From an uncultured Candidatus Saccharibacteria bacterium (lineage in GTDB: Bacteria; Patescibacteriota; Minisyncoccia; Phycocordibacterales; CSBR16-119), in assembly GCA_964589975.1 (NCBI GenBank), contig CAZPVH010000001.1, positions 246,851-310,850 of the forward strand: DNA of 64,000 nucleotides, in the 5' to 3' direction. The translations under genes were made by a program, and so were the position numbers. Positions 46,762-56,820 of the stretch are shown here, one piece after another. Position 1 is the first letter of the stretch, and the number at the start of each line of letters is the position of its first letter. Below the pieces are notes generated by a model. The model made no database searches. It saw nothing but the letters and a program-made list of their open reading frames with translations, and was not told the origin of the DNA.

Positions 46762-47601
46762 TCACCAAGAAATGGCGGCGCGCCTTTCAACGCGCAAGAG
46801 TTCGTTGCCGTACATCACTCGCACAACATACATCCCAGGCGAAGCGGCAAGCAATTCAAACTGTCGAAGAAAATCCTGGCCCGAAATCCTCTTGACGAAA
46901 GCGCCCCGAGAATCAAGTACTTCATATGACAACGCTGCGGCACCAGCCGAGTACTCCTCGACTGTGGTGGACAGGCTGCACGGGTACACAACGGTTTGCG
47001 GCGCCCAGTCGACATCATAGAGACTGTTTCCCAAATACTCCGCCACATGGAAGTCGTAAGTTTCCTGCGGCACATTGAGAACGGTATCGATCGGGCTGAG
47101 GCCAGCATTGGGGGCTTCGAATTCCGCATACAAGTTTCCGCCATCGAAAAGCTTTGCATACAGGTATAGTCCTTGATCGTTGGGGGCTGTGAGCCGGATG
47201 GGAGCCAGCATGTCGCCGCAATTTGTGTCTGGCAGAATCTCCAGAGTGCCGATGAACGAAAAGCACGAATTCATTTCGTATACACTGCTCGGGAAAATCG
47301 TATCGCGTACTCCGCCGATCCAGAACGACTTGAAGACCTGGTAGTAACCAGGTGGAACCGCAATCGTAGTATCGAATTCTCCCGACGACCACAGGGTTTC
47401 ATAGAAGTTAGTGCTCCTATAGATGGTAATCTCGACAGAGTCGACGCCGAGCTCCGAGAGTCCGGTGAACCGGAGATCACCGACAGGATTTTCGAGCCCG
47501 CAATCCGTCTGGGCCAAGACTTCGACATAAATGTCGGCTTGGCTAAAAGAGATTCTCGGCAGGACGAGTCCCGCGAGCAAAAGAAGAGTCGTGATTTTCA
47601 T
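46762..47601 (-). CDS. secreted protein with a C-terminal beta-sandwich sorting-like tail (Por/T9SS-CTD-like)
   Basis: Signal peptide. C-terminus ...LDSRGAFVKRISG...GMYVVRVMYGNELLRVERR. Confidence 0.45.
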   Translation of the reverse strand: MKITTLLLLAGLVLPRISFSQADIYVEVLAQTDCGLENPVGDLRFTGLSELGVDSVEITIYRSTNFYETLWSSGEFDTTIAVPPGYYQVFKSFWIGGVRDTIFPSSVYEMNSCFSFIGTLEILPDTNCGDMLAPIRLTAPNDQGLYLYAKLFDGGNLYAEFEAPNAGLSPIDTVLNVPQETYDFHVAEYLGNSLYDVDWAPQTVVYPCSLSTTVEEYSAGAAALSYEVLDSRGAFVKRISGQDFLRQFELLAASPGMYVVRVMYGNELLRVERRAAISW

Positions 47602-47681
47602 CGTCTTGGTTTTTAAGGTTTTTCTGGTGAGACTATACCACGATTCTTCCTATACTGTCAATGTCAAAAGAAAAAGCCCGC

Positions 47682-48110
47682 TCATGCGGGCTTTTTGTCT
47701 TTAACGTCTAACCAGACCAGATCCCCCCTGAGCTCCTCGGCTAACTTGCGAAGCTTTTCTTGGTCTATGAGTCTGGCATAGTCCTTATCCCAAACCATGG
47801 CGGACCAGCCCTGATCATGATATCGCCGGATATGGAACATGAGATAGGGGCTAACATCGCCCTTTTCAGGAACTTCAAAAATTCTGTCGTGCGGTACTTC
47901 TTGTTCCCCACGTAATATAGTCATCGAGTAGAATGTGGGGTCTTCGAGCTTACCGAAGAAAAAATCAACGGCGTGATCGCAAGCTTTTTGCGGATCGGTT
48001 GTGATGAGATGCGGCATGATGTAAGGATCAAACCATACCTCCTTTCCCTTAGTAGGTTCCGAAGTAGGATCGTCTCTGAACTTCCAGACGTACACAAGAT
48101 ATGTCAGCAT
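47682..48110 (-). CDS. hypothetical protein (142 aa)
   Basis: Complete ORF. A terminator at 47655-47690 is shared with the promoter of the upstream gene. Confidence 0.4.
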   Translation of the reverse strand: MLTYLVYVWKFRDDPTSEPTKGKEVWFDPYIMPHLITTDPQKACDHAVDFFFGKLEDPTFYSMTILRGEQEVPHDRIFEVPEKGDVSPYLMFHIRRYHDQGWSAMVWDKDYARLIDQEKLRKLAEELRGDLVWLDVKDKKPA

Positions 48111-48158
48111 TGCGTTTGGTTTTTGGCCATTCTACACGAAACGAATTTCTTGCCAAGA

Positions 48159-49838
48159 TTACTCCAAAACCGCTTTTATCCTCCTTACACCTTGAGAGGA
48201 CGCCTCTTCTTTTTGAATCCTGAAGTGCCCAAGCTCGCCAGTGTGAGTAATGTGCGGACCACCACAGAATTCCAGACTAAATGGCACGCCGTCAGTTCCC
48301 TCAATAGAGTACACCGACACAACATCACCATACTTCGCGCCGAATTCCATTTGTGCGCCAAGTTTTTCGGCCTCAGCTTTCGACATTTCTTTTTTTATGA
48401 CAGACAAATCTTTAGCAATTGCGTCGTTCACGATAGACTCTACTTTCTGCTTTTCTTCGTCAGTCATTTTTCTATCGAATGAGAAATCTATCCGGAGACG
48501 CTCCTCGGTGATATTACTTCCCCGCTGTTTTACTTCCGGTCCCAAGACCTGCTGAAGCGCTGCAAGCAAAAGATGGTGCGCGGTGTGAAGCTTTACAGTC
48601 TGCTCGTTATGATTAGCAAGTCCGCCTTTGAACATTCCGGCGGAGGCACCTTGGGAAAGCTTCTGATGCTCAGACATTTTTGCGTCGAAATCAGTCTTTG
48701 AAATTGTCTCTCCGCGTTCAGCAGCAAGCTCAACGGTCATCTCATACGGAAAACCGTAGGAAGTGAATAATAGAAATGCATCACGCTCGCCTTTTTCGAA
48801 TTCTTTCATCCCTTTCTCAAGCGTACCGCGGAATTTGTCTTCTTCTTTGGTTATTTCGCCTTTGTCATCAAGCTCATAAACGCCTCCGTAAAGTTTTTTT
48901 ACTTTTTCGATTTTTCCAGCAAGCGGCTCCTTGGAAAATCTGACAGCTCGGCGAATCAAGCGACGCAACACATATCCTTGGCCGACATTTGATGGAACGA
49001 CGCCGTCCGAAGCGAGAAATAACGCCGCTTTAACATGATCAGCCACAATTCGCTCTTCTTTTGTTTTTTCGCCGTTAAACAAATCCGTCTCGTAAACGTT
49101 ATCAAGTCCATTCACGACAGCCGTGATGCGTTCAAGTCCCATGCCGGTGTCGACATTTTTCTGCGCGAGTTTTCCGACAACTTTCCCATTCTCGGATTTA
49201 TATTCCATGAAAACGTTGTTCCAAATCTCGATTACCTTTTCAGTTTTCTGTGCAGCCAGGAATTCTTCAGAGGAAAGCTCTCCGCATGTTCCAGTAACGT
49301 CATAAAAAATTTCCGTGTCTGGCCCGCATGGCCCATTGTCGCCAGGGCCCCACCAGTTGTCTTCTTTCCCCAGGAAATAGATTCGCGATTTTGGAATTCC
49401 TGTCTTCATCCAGATCTCGGCAGACTCGGTGTCACGTGGGGCGTTGTCGTCACCTTCAAAGCATGTGACATAAAGTCGCGCGGGATCGAGTCCGAGACCC
49501 TTTTCCTTATCAGTCAAAAATTCATAACTCCAACTAATAGATTCTGGTTTGAAATAGTCTCCGAGTGACCAGTTCCCGAGCATTTCGAAAAAGGTTAGAT
49601 GGCGGTTATCGCCAATATCATCGATGTCGCCGGTACGAACGCATTTCTGAGCGCTCGCGAGCCGCTTACCTGCCGGGTGAGGCTCACCAAGGAGATACGG
49701 CACCAGCGGCTGCATACCAGCCGTAGTAAACAGTACAGAAGAGTCGCCCTGCGGAACGAGCGAGGCCGATGGAATTATGGCGTGACCATGAGACTCAAAA
49801 AAGTCTAGGAATTTCTGCCTGATTTCGCGAGAAGTCAT
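48159..49838 (-). CDS. alaS: alanine--tRNA ligase, short form (catalytic plus editing domains, no C-Ala domain)
   Basis: Class II motifs (FFEMLGNWS) and the editing-domain HTAHHLL ... CGGPH motifs. 559 aa, versus about 870 for the full-length enzyme. Confidence 0.85.
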   Translation of the reverse strand: MTSREIRQKFLDFFESHGHAIIPSASLVPQGDSSVLFTTAGMQPLVPYLLGEPHPAGKRLASAQKCVRTGDIDDIGDNRHLTFFEMLGNWSLGDYFKPESISWSYEFLTDKEKGLGLDPARLYVTCFEGDDNAPRDTESAEIWMKTGIPKSRIYFLGKEDNWWGPGDNGPCGPDTEIFYDVTGTCGELSSEEFLAAQKTEKVIEIWNNVFMEYKSENGKVVGKLAQKNVDTGMGLERITAVVNGLDNVYETDLFNGEKTKEERIVADHVKAALFLASDGVVPSNVGQGYVLRRLIRRAVRFSKEPLAGKIEKVKKLYGGVYELDDKGEITKEEDKFRGTLEKGMKEFEKGERDAFLLFTSYGFPYEMTVELAAERGETISKTDFDAKMSEHQKLSQGASAGMFKGGLANHNEQTVKLHTAHHLLLAALQQVLGPEVKQRGSNITEERLRIDFSFDRKMTDEEKQKVESIVNDAIAKDLSVIKKEMSKAEAEKLGAQMEFGAKYGDVVSVYSIEGTDGVPFSLEFCGGPHITHTGELGHFRIQKEEASSQGVRRIKAVLE

Positions 49839-49879
49839 ACGGCCTATCTTAGCGTAAAAATGGCAAATGAAAAAGCCGC

Positions 49880-50368
49880 CTAATTTACGGCGGCTTTGTC
49901 ACTAGTCGGTTTCGGCATGGCTGCTCCCATGAGGCAGTAGAAAGTCTTGCTGCCGATCTCTCGTCCGAAGACGATCTCGACGCGGCGATAGATCGGTTTA
50001 TAGCGCGATCCCGGCTCGAGGACCCGAGACATTACCTGGCTGTGAGCCTGGAAGTACCCTAGCCCGACGCCATGACTCATCTCCTTGCTTATGAATATGC
50101 TGGCTTCAGGGTTGGAAAGGTAGGACCCGAGTTCAGTTTCTACAAACCGCGCATTTTCTCGGGTGTAGAACTTCTCGTCAATCCTAGCGCCCAAGATCTC
50201 ATTGGTCTGCAGATCCTGAAACGGATTTTTCTTTTCAGGATCATCGGTCTCGGGCTTAGCCTCGATCATGAGCTCCAGCTGGTTGCCGAGGTCAGTGATG
50301 AGAAATGGGATGGTCTTTTCGGGGAGCAATCCCCGCAACTTTTGAAGGAGCGTGTTATCGCTTTCCAT
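49880..50368 (-). CDS. hypothetical protein (162 aa)
   Basis: Complete ORF. Confidence 0.4.
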   Translation of the reverse strand: MESDNTLLQKLRGLLPEKTIPFLITDLGNQLELMIEAKPETDDPEKKNPFQDLQTNEILGARIDEKFYTRENARFVETELGSYLSNPEASIFISKEMSHGVGLGYFQAHSQVMSRVLEPGSRYKPIYRRVEIVFGREIGSKTFYCLMGAAMPKPTSDKAAVN

Positions 50369-50422
50369 TGTTTGGGGTTTGTTCGTTTATCAACCTATAC
50401 CACGCCAAGAAAAAGTAGTCAA

Positions 50423-51466
50423 TTAGGCAATAATTCCTCCTCCAAGACAAGCCTCCCCATCGTAAACTACTACTGATTGGCCTGAACTCACTGACTCTTG
50501 AGGATTATCGAAAAAAACTTTGTCGTCCTGAATTCTACAAGTCTGAAGGGGCTGTTGGTATCTGATCCGAGCAGAATATTTCTTATCGTTCTCCGGCCGT
50601 ACAATCCAATTTATATTTTCCAGTCTAATTTCCGAGGACAGGTTTGATGTCGTATTGTCTGATTTGTCACCCACTGTAATTGTGTTTGCTTTTAGATCTC
50701 GATCAATAACATAAAGCCTTGCGTCGTCACTACTCTTTCGAGTAATAGTAAATCCGTGTCGTTCACCTAATGTAAAAAAGAGTGCGCCATCGTGGTGACC
50801 AATACTTTTTCCTTCAATATCCAAAACATCTCCTCTTTTTTTATCTATATAATGAGAAAGGAACTCCTTCATATCAATTGGACCAAGGAAACACACCCCT
50901 TGGGAATCTTTTTTATCTGCTGTTAGCAAACCATACTTGTCTGCAAGCTTACGAACTTCAGACTTTTGTAGGTGGCCAATTGGAAATAGCGTATGTTCAA
51001 GAATTTCTCGCGTAAGTGTCCAAAGAAAGTATGACTGATCTTTGGCTTTGTCAGCTCCGGCAAGCAACTGGCCGCCTTTCGACTGAGCATAATGGCCAGT
51101 CGCGATAAAATCTGCGCCAAGTTCCCTGGCCTTCTTATAAAAAACTCCAAATTTAATTTCTTTGTTGCACATTACATCCGGATTCGGCGTCCTACCAGCG
51201 CGATACTCATTTATAAAGTATTCGCCGACAAGGTCTCTGTATTCGGTTTCGGCGTCAATCATCATAAAAGGCACGCCTAGATGTGCGCAAACGCGCATGG
51301 CGTCCCGCCGTTCTTCCTTCCAGGTACAAGTAACGAAATCAGGCTGCCAAGTCTTTATAAAGCACCCGACAACGTCATAGCCCTGGTCCCGGAGCAATGC
51401 CAAAGAGACGGAGCTATCTACTCCGCCTGAAACACCGACAAAAACTTTGCCTTTGGGATTTGGCAT
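50423..51466 (-). CDS. mnmA: tRNA-specific 2-thiouridylase MnmA
   Basis: PP-loop VGVSGGVDSS with catalytic cysteines. Confidence 0.9.
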   Translation of the reverse strand: MPNPKGKVFVGVSGGVDSSVSLALLRDQGYDVVGCFIKTWQPDFVTCTWKEERRDAMRVCAHLGVPFMMIDAETEYRDLVGEYFINEYRAGRTPNPDVMCNKEIKFGVFYKKARELGADFIATGHYAQSKGGQLLAGADKAKDQSYFLWTLTREILEHTLFPIGHLQKSEVRKLADKYGLLTADKKDSQGVCFLGPIDMKEFLSHYIDKKRGDVLDIEGKSIGHHDGALFFTLGERHGFTITRKSSDDARLYVIDRDLKANTITVGDKSDNTTSNLSSEIRLENINWIVRPENDKKYSARIRYQQPLQTCRIQDDKVFFDNPQESVSSGQSVVVYDGEACLGGGIIA

Positions 51467-51516
51467 ATAAAAGAGTCTATTTATTTAAAATAAAAAAGCT
51501 AGCCACGTGAGCCAAC

Positions 51517-52053
51517 CTACAGACTCATTAATTTCTTGAACACTTCAAAAGTCGCGCGGGTATCGGCCAGAGCCGTATGCGACTTTTCGTTATGAATACC
51601 GAAATATTCGCAAAGGCGATGGAGATTGAATCGTTCGGCGCGTGGATCCTTGAAAAGCTTGGCGTAGGCCATGGAGATTGTGTCGAGTTTGGCATAAAAC
51701 ATTTCATTTTTCATACCAGTTTTCGTCAGAGCGCGTTCGATGAATGAGTAATCAAATGTTACATTCTGGGCAACCATGATCGCGCCGTCGGACTTTTCTG
51801 AAAATACTTTCATGGCCTCAGAAAGAGTGTTGGCAAAAATCCACTGAGCTTCATCATATCCATTCACTTTGAGCGCCGTCGGCTCCGCATTTTCTATATG
51901 CTCCGGTTTTATCTTCATCTCACGCTCTTCGATAACGGAAAAATTTCCCTTATCCTGTTTTACCAAGATGTAAGCGAGCTCAATGATCTCATGCTTCTCA
52001 GGATCAGTTCCCGTAGTCTCAACGTCGACAAAAATCAAATTCTCGTTTCTCAT
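51517..52053 (-). CDS. DEDDh 3'-5' exonuclease (DnaQ-like)
   Basis: FVDVETTG ... HTALADT motifs. Its ATG is fused to an arm of repeat copy C. Confidence 0.8.
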   Translation of the reverse strand: MRNENLIFVDVETTGTDPEKHEIIELAYILVKQDKGNFSVIEEREMKIKPEHIENAEPTALKVNGYDEAQWIFANTLSEAMKVFSEKSDGAIMVAQNVTFDYSFIERALTKTGMKNEMFYAKLDTISMAYAKLFKDPRAERFNLHRLCEYFGIHNEKSHTALADTRATFEVFKKLMSL

Positions 52054-52167
52054 CCCGTTAGAGGCAGATCGCGGTCTTGTCGCAATCTGCCTTAGTTATA
52101 TTTTTAATTTTATTTTGATTTGAATTCATAATTTTAAATTTTTACAGCGGTCGTGGCCTCTAACGGG
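52051..52167. repeat. intergenic inverted-repeat element, copy C
   Basis: Arms CATCCCGTTAGAGGCAGATCGCGGTC and GCGGTCGTGGCCTCTAACGGG. The core has TTCAAA-N18-TATAAC on the minus strand. Confidence 0.8.
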
Positions 52168-52174
52168 ACGCATA

Positions 52175-53176
52175 TTATTTGAGGTAAAGATTTATATTCT
52201 GCTTATGCTGCTCATACGTTACAGCGTAATGAACCTGACCAGAGGCGTCATGGAGGTAAAAGAAGTATTCTGACGACTTCGGATATATGGCAGCCTTGAT
52301 GGCGTCCACTCCCGGATTGCCGATAGGCGTCGGCGGTAATCCTCCCCGAGTATAAGTGTTATATTCGTGATCAAACGTGAGATCGGCCATGGTGAATTGC
52401 TTTGAAGATTTGCCATTAACATAGCGGAGCGTTGCGTCAACCTGAAGACGCATGTTTTTGTCGAGCCGTTTCCAGAGAATACCAGAGATCATCTGCTTCT
52501 CCACGTAATCATCATGCGCTTCGTCCTGGATTATGGATGCCATGGTGAGGATCTCATCCATGGTCTTCCCGGAGTCTTCAATATCTTTGGCGAGTCCTAC
52601 ACGGACGCGTTTTTCAAACGTGTCTTTCATCATATCGACGACATCTGGCGCGCCGGTGGATGGGAATAAGAGATACGTGTCAGGAAAAATATATCCTTCC
52701 AAGTCTTTTGTCAGGAATAGAAATTCTTCTTTGTTAAATTCCGGAAGCTTTTCATCCAAGATTTCCGCCATTTCCTTTGCCGACAATCCCTCGGGTAAAG
52801 TAATTGAAATCTTTTCAACTCCAAAGTCGCCAGTTGCCATTTTCTCGGCGACTTCCAAAATATTTTCCGGCTCCTCAAATAGATAATCTCCGGCAATCAC
52901 CGCCTTATCTCCGCCGAAAGCAATCACGAGCGTCTTGAAAAGCCCGGCTGAGCGAATAATTCCCTCTTCTTTGAACTTGGCGGCGATTGATCCAAGAGAT
53001 GCGCCGTTTTCAACAGTAATTATGCGCTGGGTTGGAAAGTTTGCCGGAGGAAAAACAAGCGTGATGATTAGCATCACAGCTACGCCGAGCGCAAGAAGCG
53101 CCGCTACCAGGCGCCACCAGTTTGAATTTTTAGAAGCGGATGTACCGAAGTCATCCTCGGTGTGAAAATCGTACAT
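52175..53176 (-). CDS. mltG: endolytic murein transglycosylase MltG (YceG-like)
   Basis: N-terminal TM and a YceG domain. Confidence 0.8.
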   Translation of the reverse strand: MYDFHTEDDFGTSASKNSNWWRLVAALLALGVAVMLIITLVFPPANFPTQRIITVENGASLGSIAAKFKEEGIIRSAGLFKTLVIAFGGDKAVIAGDYLFEEPENILEVAEKMATGDFGVEKISITLPEGLSAKEMAEILDEKLPEFNKEEFLFLTKDLEGYIFPDTYLLFPSTGAPDVVDMMKDTFEKRVRVGLAKDIEDSGKTMDEILTMASIIQDEAHDDYVEKQMISGILWKRLDKNMRLQVDATLRYVNGKSSKQFTMADLTFDHEYNTYTRGGLPPTPIGNPGVDAIKAAIYPKSSEYFFYLHDASGQVHYAVTYEQHKQNINLYLK

Positions 53177-53203
53177 TGTTCGATTATACTTGAAAAATCA
53201 TTT

Positions 53204-54457
53204 TTAAAAAGGAAGATTGACAGGCGGCTCTGACTTCTTCGACTCTATTCTCTTGAACGTCGGCGTTGTCGAGACTCGGCCTGGGAAGTGGAAGATCGTC
53301 GCAAGCTCTTCGGCTGTCAGCACGAAATGCGGACGTTTATGTGGCGGATAAAACCATCCTCTATCAATGTACGCGTGGAGCATGGCCCGCTTAAGTTCCA
53401 CCTTTTTATGTCCCGAAGGATCGTCCCATGGATTATCAAAGTCCGTAACGCGTGTTGGTGCAAAACTATTAAGATTGCCCGACCCGTATTGTCTAAGCAT
53501 CATAGTAAGACCCGTTATGTGTTCGGCCCGAAAAGCCGCTTTCTTGGCCAAGTATATGGCCCGAATACCTGTATCAAATGCAGGCTTGTCTAGAGAGCGT
53601 TCGATAGCCGAAATTGTTTCCTGCTCAGTCTTAGACATCTTGAGTCTTTTACCGAGCGCCTCAACCGCATCGCCGCCTTCGTATTTCTTTTGGATTTCCT
53701 TGATCACATTTTTGGCGCGATCTTTCCAATCAACATCTTTTGGAATTATTCCTCCAGTCTGAAAGCTATTCTTTGACGCGCGGACAATAATCTGGAACCA
53801 GACATGTTCGTCCTTCTTCATTGTACCCATCCATTCAATCTGCGGCGTGATGGGATCAATAAGTCCCGCCGCGTCCTCGGCTTTTGAGATTGCTTTATCT
53901 AGCCCAAAGTCAGTGTAGGTCTTTATAGGATATGCCTCTTCCTTTGTGCACTTAAATTCAGTTCCCCACATCGCCCATTCTTCTTCGTGCATATTCGCAA
54001 TGATAGGCATGGTGTAATCTTCCGCTTCAAAAATTTCCGCTTCAGGATACTGGGCGTAAATCTGAGACTCAACAATATTTCTGAACTGCTTCGGCATACG
54101 AACGTAGAAATGAATATCGCCCTCGTTTGAAATTATCTCGAGTGAGAACCAAACCAAGACGCGCCCTTCCCAATATTTCTTGTGCCGCGTACCGACACCA
54201 CCAGTCTGGGAGAGCGCATTCCCAAGGGCCACCTCCATGGCCTGTGGAGACTTATAGATATCTTTTGGTATGCGGATTTCTATCATGATCCACTTCAGCG
54301 TTGACAGCCACTCGGCGTTCCTATGCCGTACCCAATACCGCCAGCCCATGACAACCATTAGAACGGGAATGAAATACGCCGCTACTTTAAAAGCGATGCG
54401 GAAGACATCCCAATAATTGACGCTGGCAATGCCAGAAATAGCCGATAACGGATCCAT
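53204..54457 (-). CDS. membrane-anchored hypothetical protein (417 aa)
   Basis: Two N-terminal TM helices and a large soluble domain. No NTPase motifs. Confidence 0.5.
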   Translation of the reverse strand: MDPLSAISGIASVNYWDVFRIAFKVAAYFIPVLMVVMGWRYWVRHRNAEWLSTLKWIMIEIRIPKDIYKSPQAMEVALGNALSQTGGVGTRHKKYWEGRVLVWFSLEIISNEGDIHFYVRMPKQFRNIVESQIYAQYPEAEIFEAEDYTMPIIANMHEEEWAMWGTEFKCTKEEAYPIKTYTDFGLDKAISKAEDAAGLIDPITPQIEWMGTMKKDEHVWFQIIVRASKNSFQTGGIIPKDVDWKDRAKNVIKEIQKKYEGGDAVEALGKRLKMSKTEQETISAIERSLDKPAFDTGIRAIYLAKKAAFRAEHITGLTMMLRQYGSGNLNSFAPTRVTDFDNPWDDPSGHKKVELKRAMLHAYIDRGWFYPPHKRPHFVLTAEELATIFHFPGRVSTTPTFKRIESKKSEPPVNLPF

Positions 54458-54561
54458 AGATGAGTTAAGTATACGGCATACGAAGCGTCCGAAGAAGTGG
54501 AAACAAAGAAAGACTAAAGAAAAAGGCCGACGGTTTCCCGTCGGCCTTTTACTTTTATCAA

Positions 54562-55590
54562 CTATGCGTTTGTGTATTTTCCGTCCTTTGTCTTCTTGAA
54601 ATATTTAGGATTGTGGAGATTTACAAGGATTGTGTTTCGCTTGAGGAATCGTTCCTTCAAAACAGCGTCTACAATCTCGTCTTTCGTCATTGGTCCGTTT
54701 TCCTTGAGGATTGATTCGATAACTTCTCGAACAATTCCCGGCTTATAGCCCCATTCACGGAGAGCGTAACGGCCGCGTCCAACCAGGACGAAGCGAGGAT
54801 CCTTGATGAGCTCATTGTGAGTTGTAGCGGCGAGAGTCTTTCGGTTGAAAGTCTTCGTTATAGCTTCAGCAACTTCGCGGAAGTGCATAGGCTCGCCATG
54901 GCGTCGCATGACGAGGAAAGTATAATCCTTCACACCGCGAGTTTTCACATTCTTTGATTCGGCCTTTCCCCATTCATTAAGAGGATTCTTGCCGACTTTC
55001 TTTGAGATTCGGAGCCATCGCTTAGCGATTTCTTCATCCCTGTGCTCTTCTGAGAGATCTTTAACAAAGCCGAGGAATTTTTCGACGATCTTGTTTTCGT
55101 GCACGAGCTCATCATCGCCGAGAGATGCATAAAGCTTGTTGAGCGCCTCGTGGACATTTCCAACGATGTCATGATCGATAGCCCAGCGAGATTTGAACTC
55201 ATCATCCTCTTTCATTTTTTCGAAATCATCAGAGAGAACCATGTAGAGATGGATATGATTCTGTGTAGATTTGTCTTTGGCAATATGGTTTAGAAATTCT
55301 TCTTCAGCAACGACGGCGCCGAGAGAGTTTAGGATAGATTTGAGTTCCGCGAAAACACCCTTGTGCTCTTCCATCTCTTTTGACTTTCTAATGGTATTGA
55401 GAGCTGTGTTTTCGATCTGTCTGACACGCTCGCGGGTAATGCCGTACTTTTCTCCTATTGCCTCCAGAGTCTTGCGATCAGTGTCCTCGAGAAGGCCATA
55501 GCGGTTAGCTATAACGTCGAAAGACCTGTCCTTTAGAGACGATAGGAGCTTCTTGCTTACTTGTTTCGGTCTGAATGAAATAATTGCCAT
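54562..55590 (-). CDS. DNA-binding protein with an N-terminal sigma-70 region-4-like HTH and a C-terminal HARE-HTH domain
   Basis: GITRERVRQIENTALNTIRK (region-4-like) and MHFREVAEAI ... GRGRYALREW (HARE-HTH). Confidence 0.55.
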   Translation of the reverse strand: MAIISFRPKQVSKKLLSSLKDRSFDVIANRYGLLEDTDRKTLEAIGEKYGITRERVRQIENTALNTIRKSKEMEEHKGVFAELKSILNSLGAVVAEEEFLNHIAKDKSTQNHIHLYMVLSDDFEKMKEDDEFKSRWAIDHDIVGNVHEALNKLYASLGDDELVHENKIVEKFLGFVKDLSEEHRDEEIAKRWLRISKKVGKNPLNEWGKAESKNVKTRGVKDYTFLVMRRHGEPMHFREVAEAITKTFNRKTLAATTHNELIKDPRFVLVGRGRYALREWGYKPGIVREVIESILKENGPMTKDEIVDAVLKERFLKRNTILVNLHNPKYFKKTKDGKYTNA

Positions 55591-55724
55591 ATTGTTTCTT
55601 TATCTTATAAATAGGCCCCAAGAGGCCGTAACTTCTTAATTTGCTAGTAGCCCTATACTATCATCAATACCTTTTCATGTCAAATGTCTGTCAAGACCCT
55701 GTCAATAAACCACCCATCTTTGAC

Positions 55725-56816
55725 CTAGATTATCCGGAGGATGTCATGGTAGGAAATAAAGAGCATTAGGATAATGAGAAGAGAGAAACCGATAAAATTA
55801 ACGACATTCTGCACAGCATAATTAACCCTTCCCCCTTTTAGCTTTTCTATAAGAAGGAACAGAAGCCGGCCACCATCAAGCGCCGGGAAAGGAATGAGGT
55901 TAACAAGCCCGAGGTTTATGGAAATGAGCGCAGTGAATGACAGGACATATACAATCCCAAGATCGCTTGCATCGCCCACAAGCCCCACTATACCGATCGG
56001 GCCGGCTAGATTTGAAACATCGGCTGTGCCAGTGAACGCGCCGGCGATAAGGTGCCACAGAGCGCCGGCGATATTGACTATCATAGAGCCAGTGAACCTG
56101 AAGCTGTCGATGAATGCGCGTCCAAAGCTCGGCTTGTACACACCGAACTCATCTATTCCAATACCAACCAACATTTCTCCATCTATAGACTCCGGAGCAA
56201 GGACCGCCTCGCTTGTCTCCTCCCCGCGAGTGTAATGAATGGTCACATTTTCTCCAGGATTGCCGACAACAAGCTCATGAAGCTCGGCGCTGTTCTTTAT
56301 ATTTTGATCCGTTCCATTTATTGATATGCCCGTTACAATATCTCCCGCTTTGAGGCCTGCGTCTTCAGCTGGCCCGTCCGCCAAAACTTGTGTGACTACA
56401 GAACTTCGATCGCTCACGAATCGCTCGTCAAAGCTCTGGTCGATCGTTGTCGGAAGTCCCGCCAAAAGCGTGGCAAAGATAATAAGCCAAGCAAAAAGAA
56501 AATTCATGAAAGGTCCCGCGAACATAACGAGCGCCTGAACCCAGCGTGGCTTAGAGATCAAGGCTTCACTTTTGTGAATACCGTTCAGTGATTCGTCTTC
56601 CGGGTTTTCACCGAAAATTTTCACAAAGCCTCCAAATGGGAGCCAGTTCAGCGTAAAATCTGTACCGTTCTTTCTAAAAAGTTTTTTCGCGCGAGGAGGA
56701 TATCCGAGTCCGAACTCTTCTACTCTAATTCCGCTTTTTTTCGCGACGATAAAATGCCCGTACTCGTGTACGAGGATGAGGACCGCCAAAATAATGATAA
56801 AGATTATTACAGACAC
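55725..56816 (-). CDS. rseP: RIP metalloprotease RseP (site-2 protease)
   Basis: HEYGH zinc motif, a PDZ region and a C-terminal LDGG. Confidence 0.85.
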   Translation of the reverse strand: MSVIIFIIILAVLILVHEYGHFIVAKKSGIRVEEFGLGYPPRAKKLFRKNGTDFTLNWLPFGGFVKIFGENPEDESLNGIHKSEALISKPRWVQALVMFAGPFMNFLFAWLIIFATLLAGLPTTIDQSFDERFVSDRSSVVTQVLADGPAEDAGLKAGDIVTGISINGTDQNIKNSAELHELVVGNPGENVTIHYTRGEETSEAVLAPESIDGEMLVGIGIDEFGVYKPSFGRAFIDSFRFTGSMIVNIAGALWHLIAGAFTGTADVSNLAGPIGIVGLVGDASDLGIVYVLSFTALISINLGLVNLIPFPALDGGRLLFLLIEKLKGGRVNYAVQNVVNFIGFSLLIILMLFISYHDILRII

Positions 56817-56820
56817 AAAA

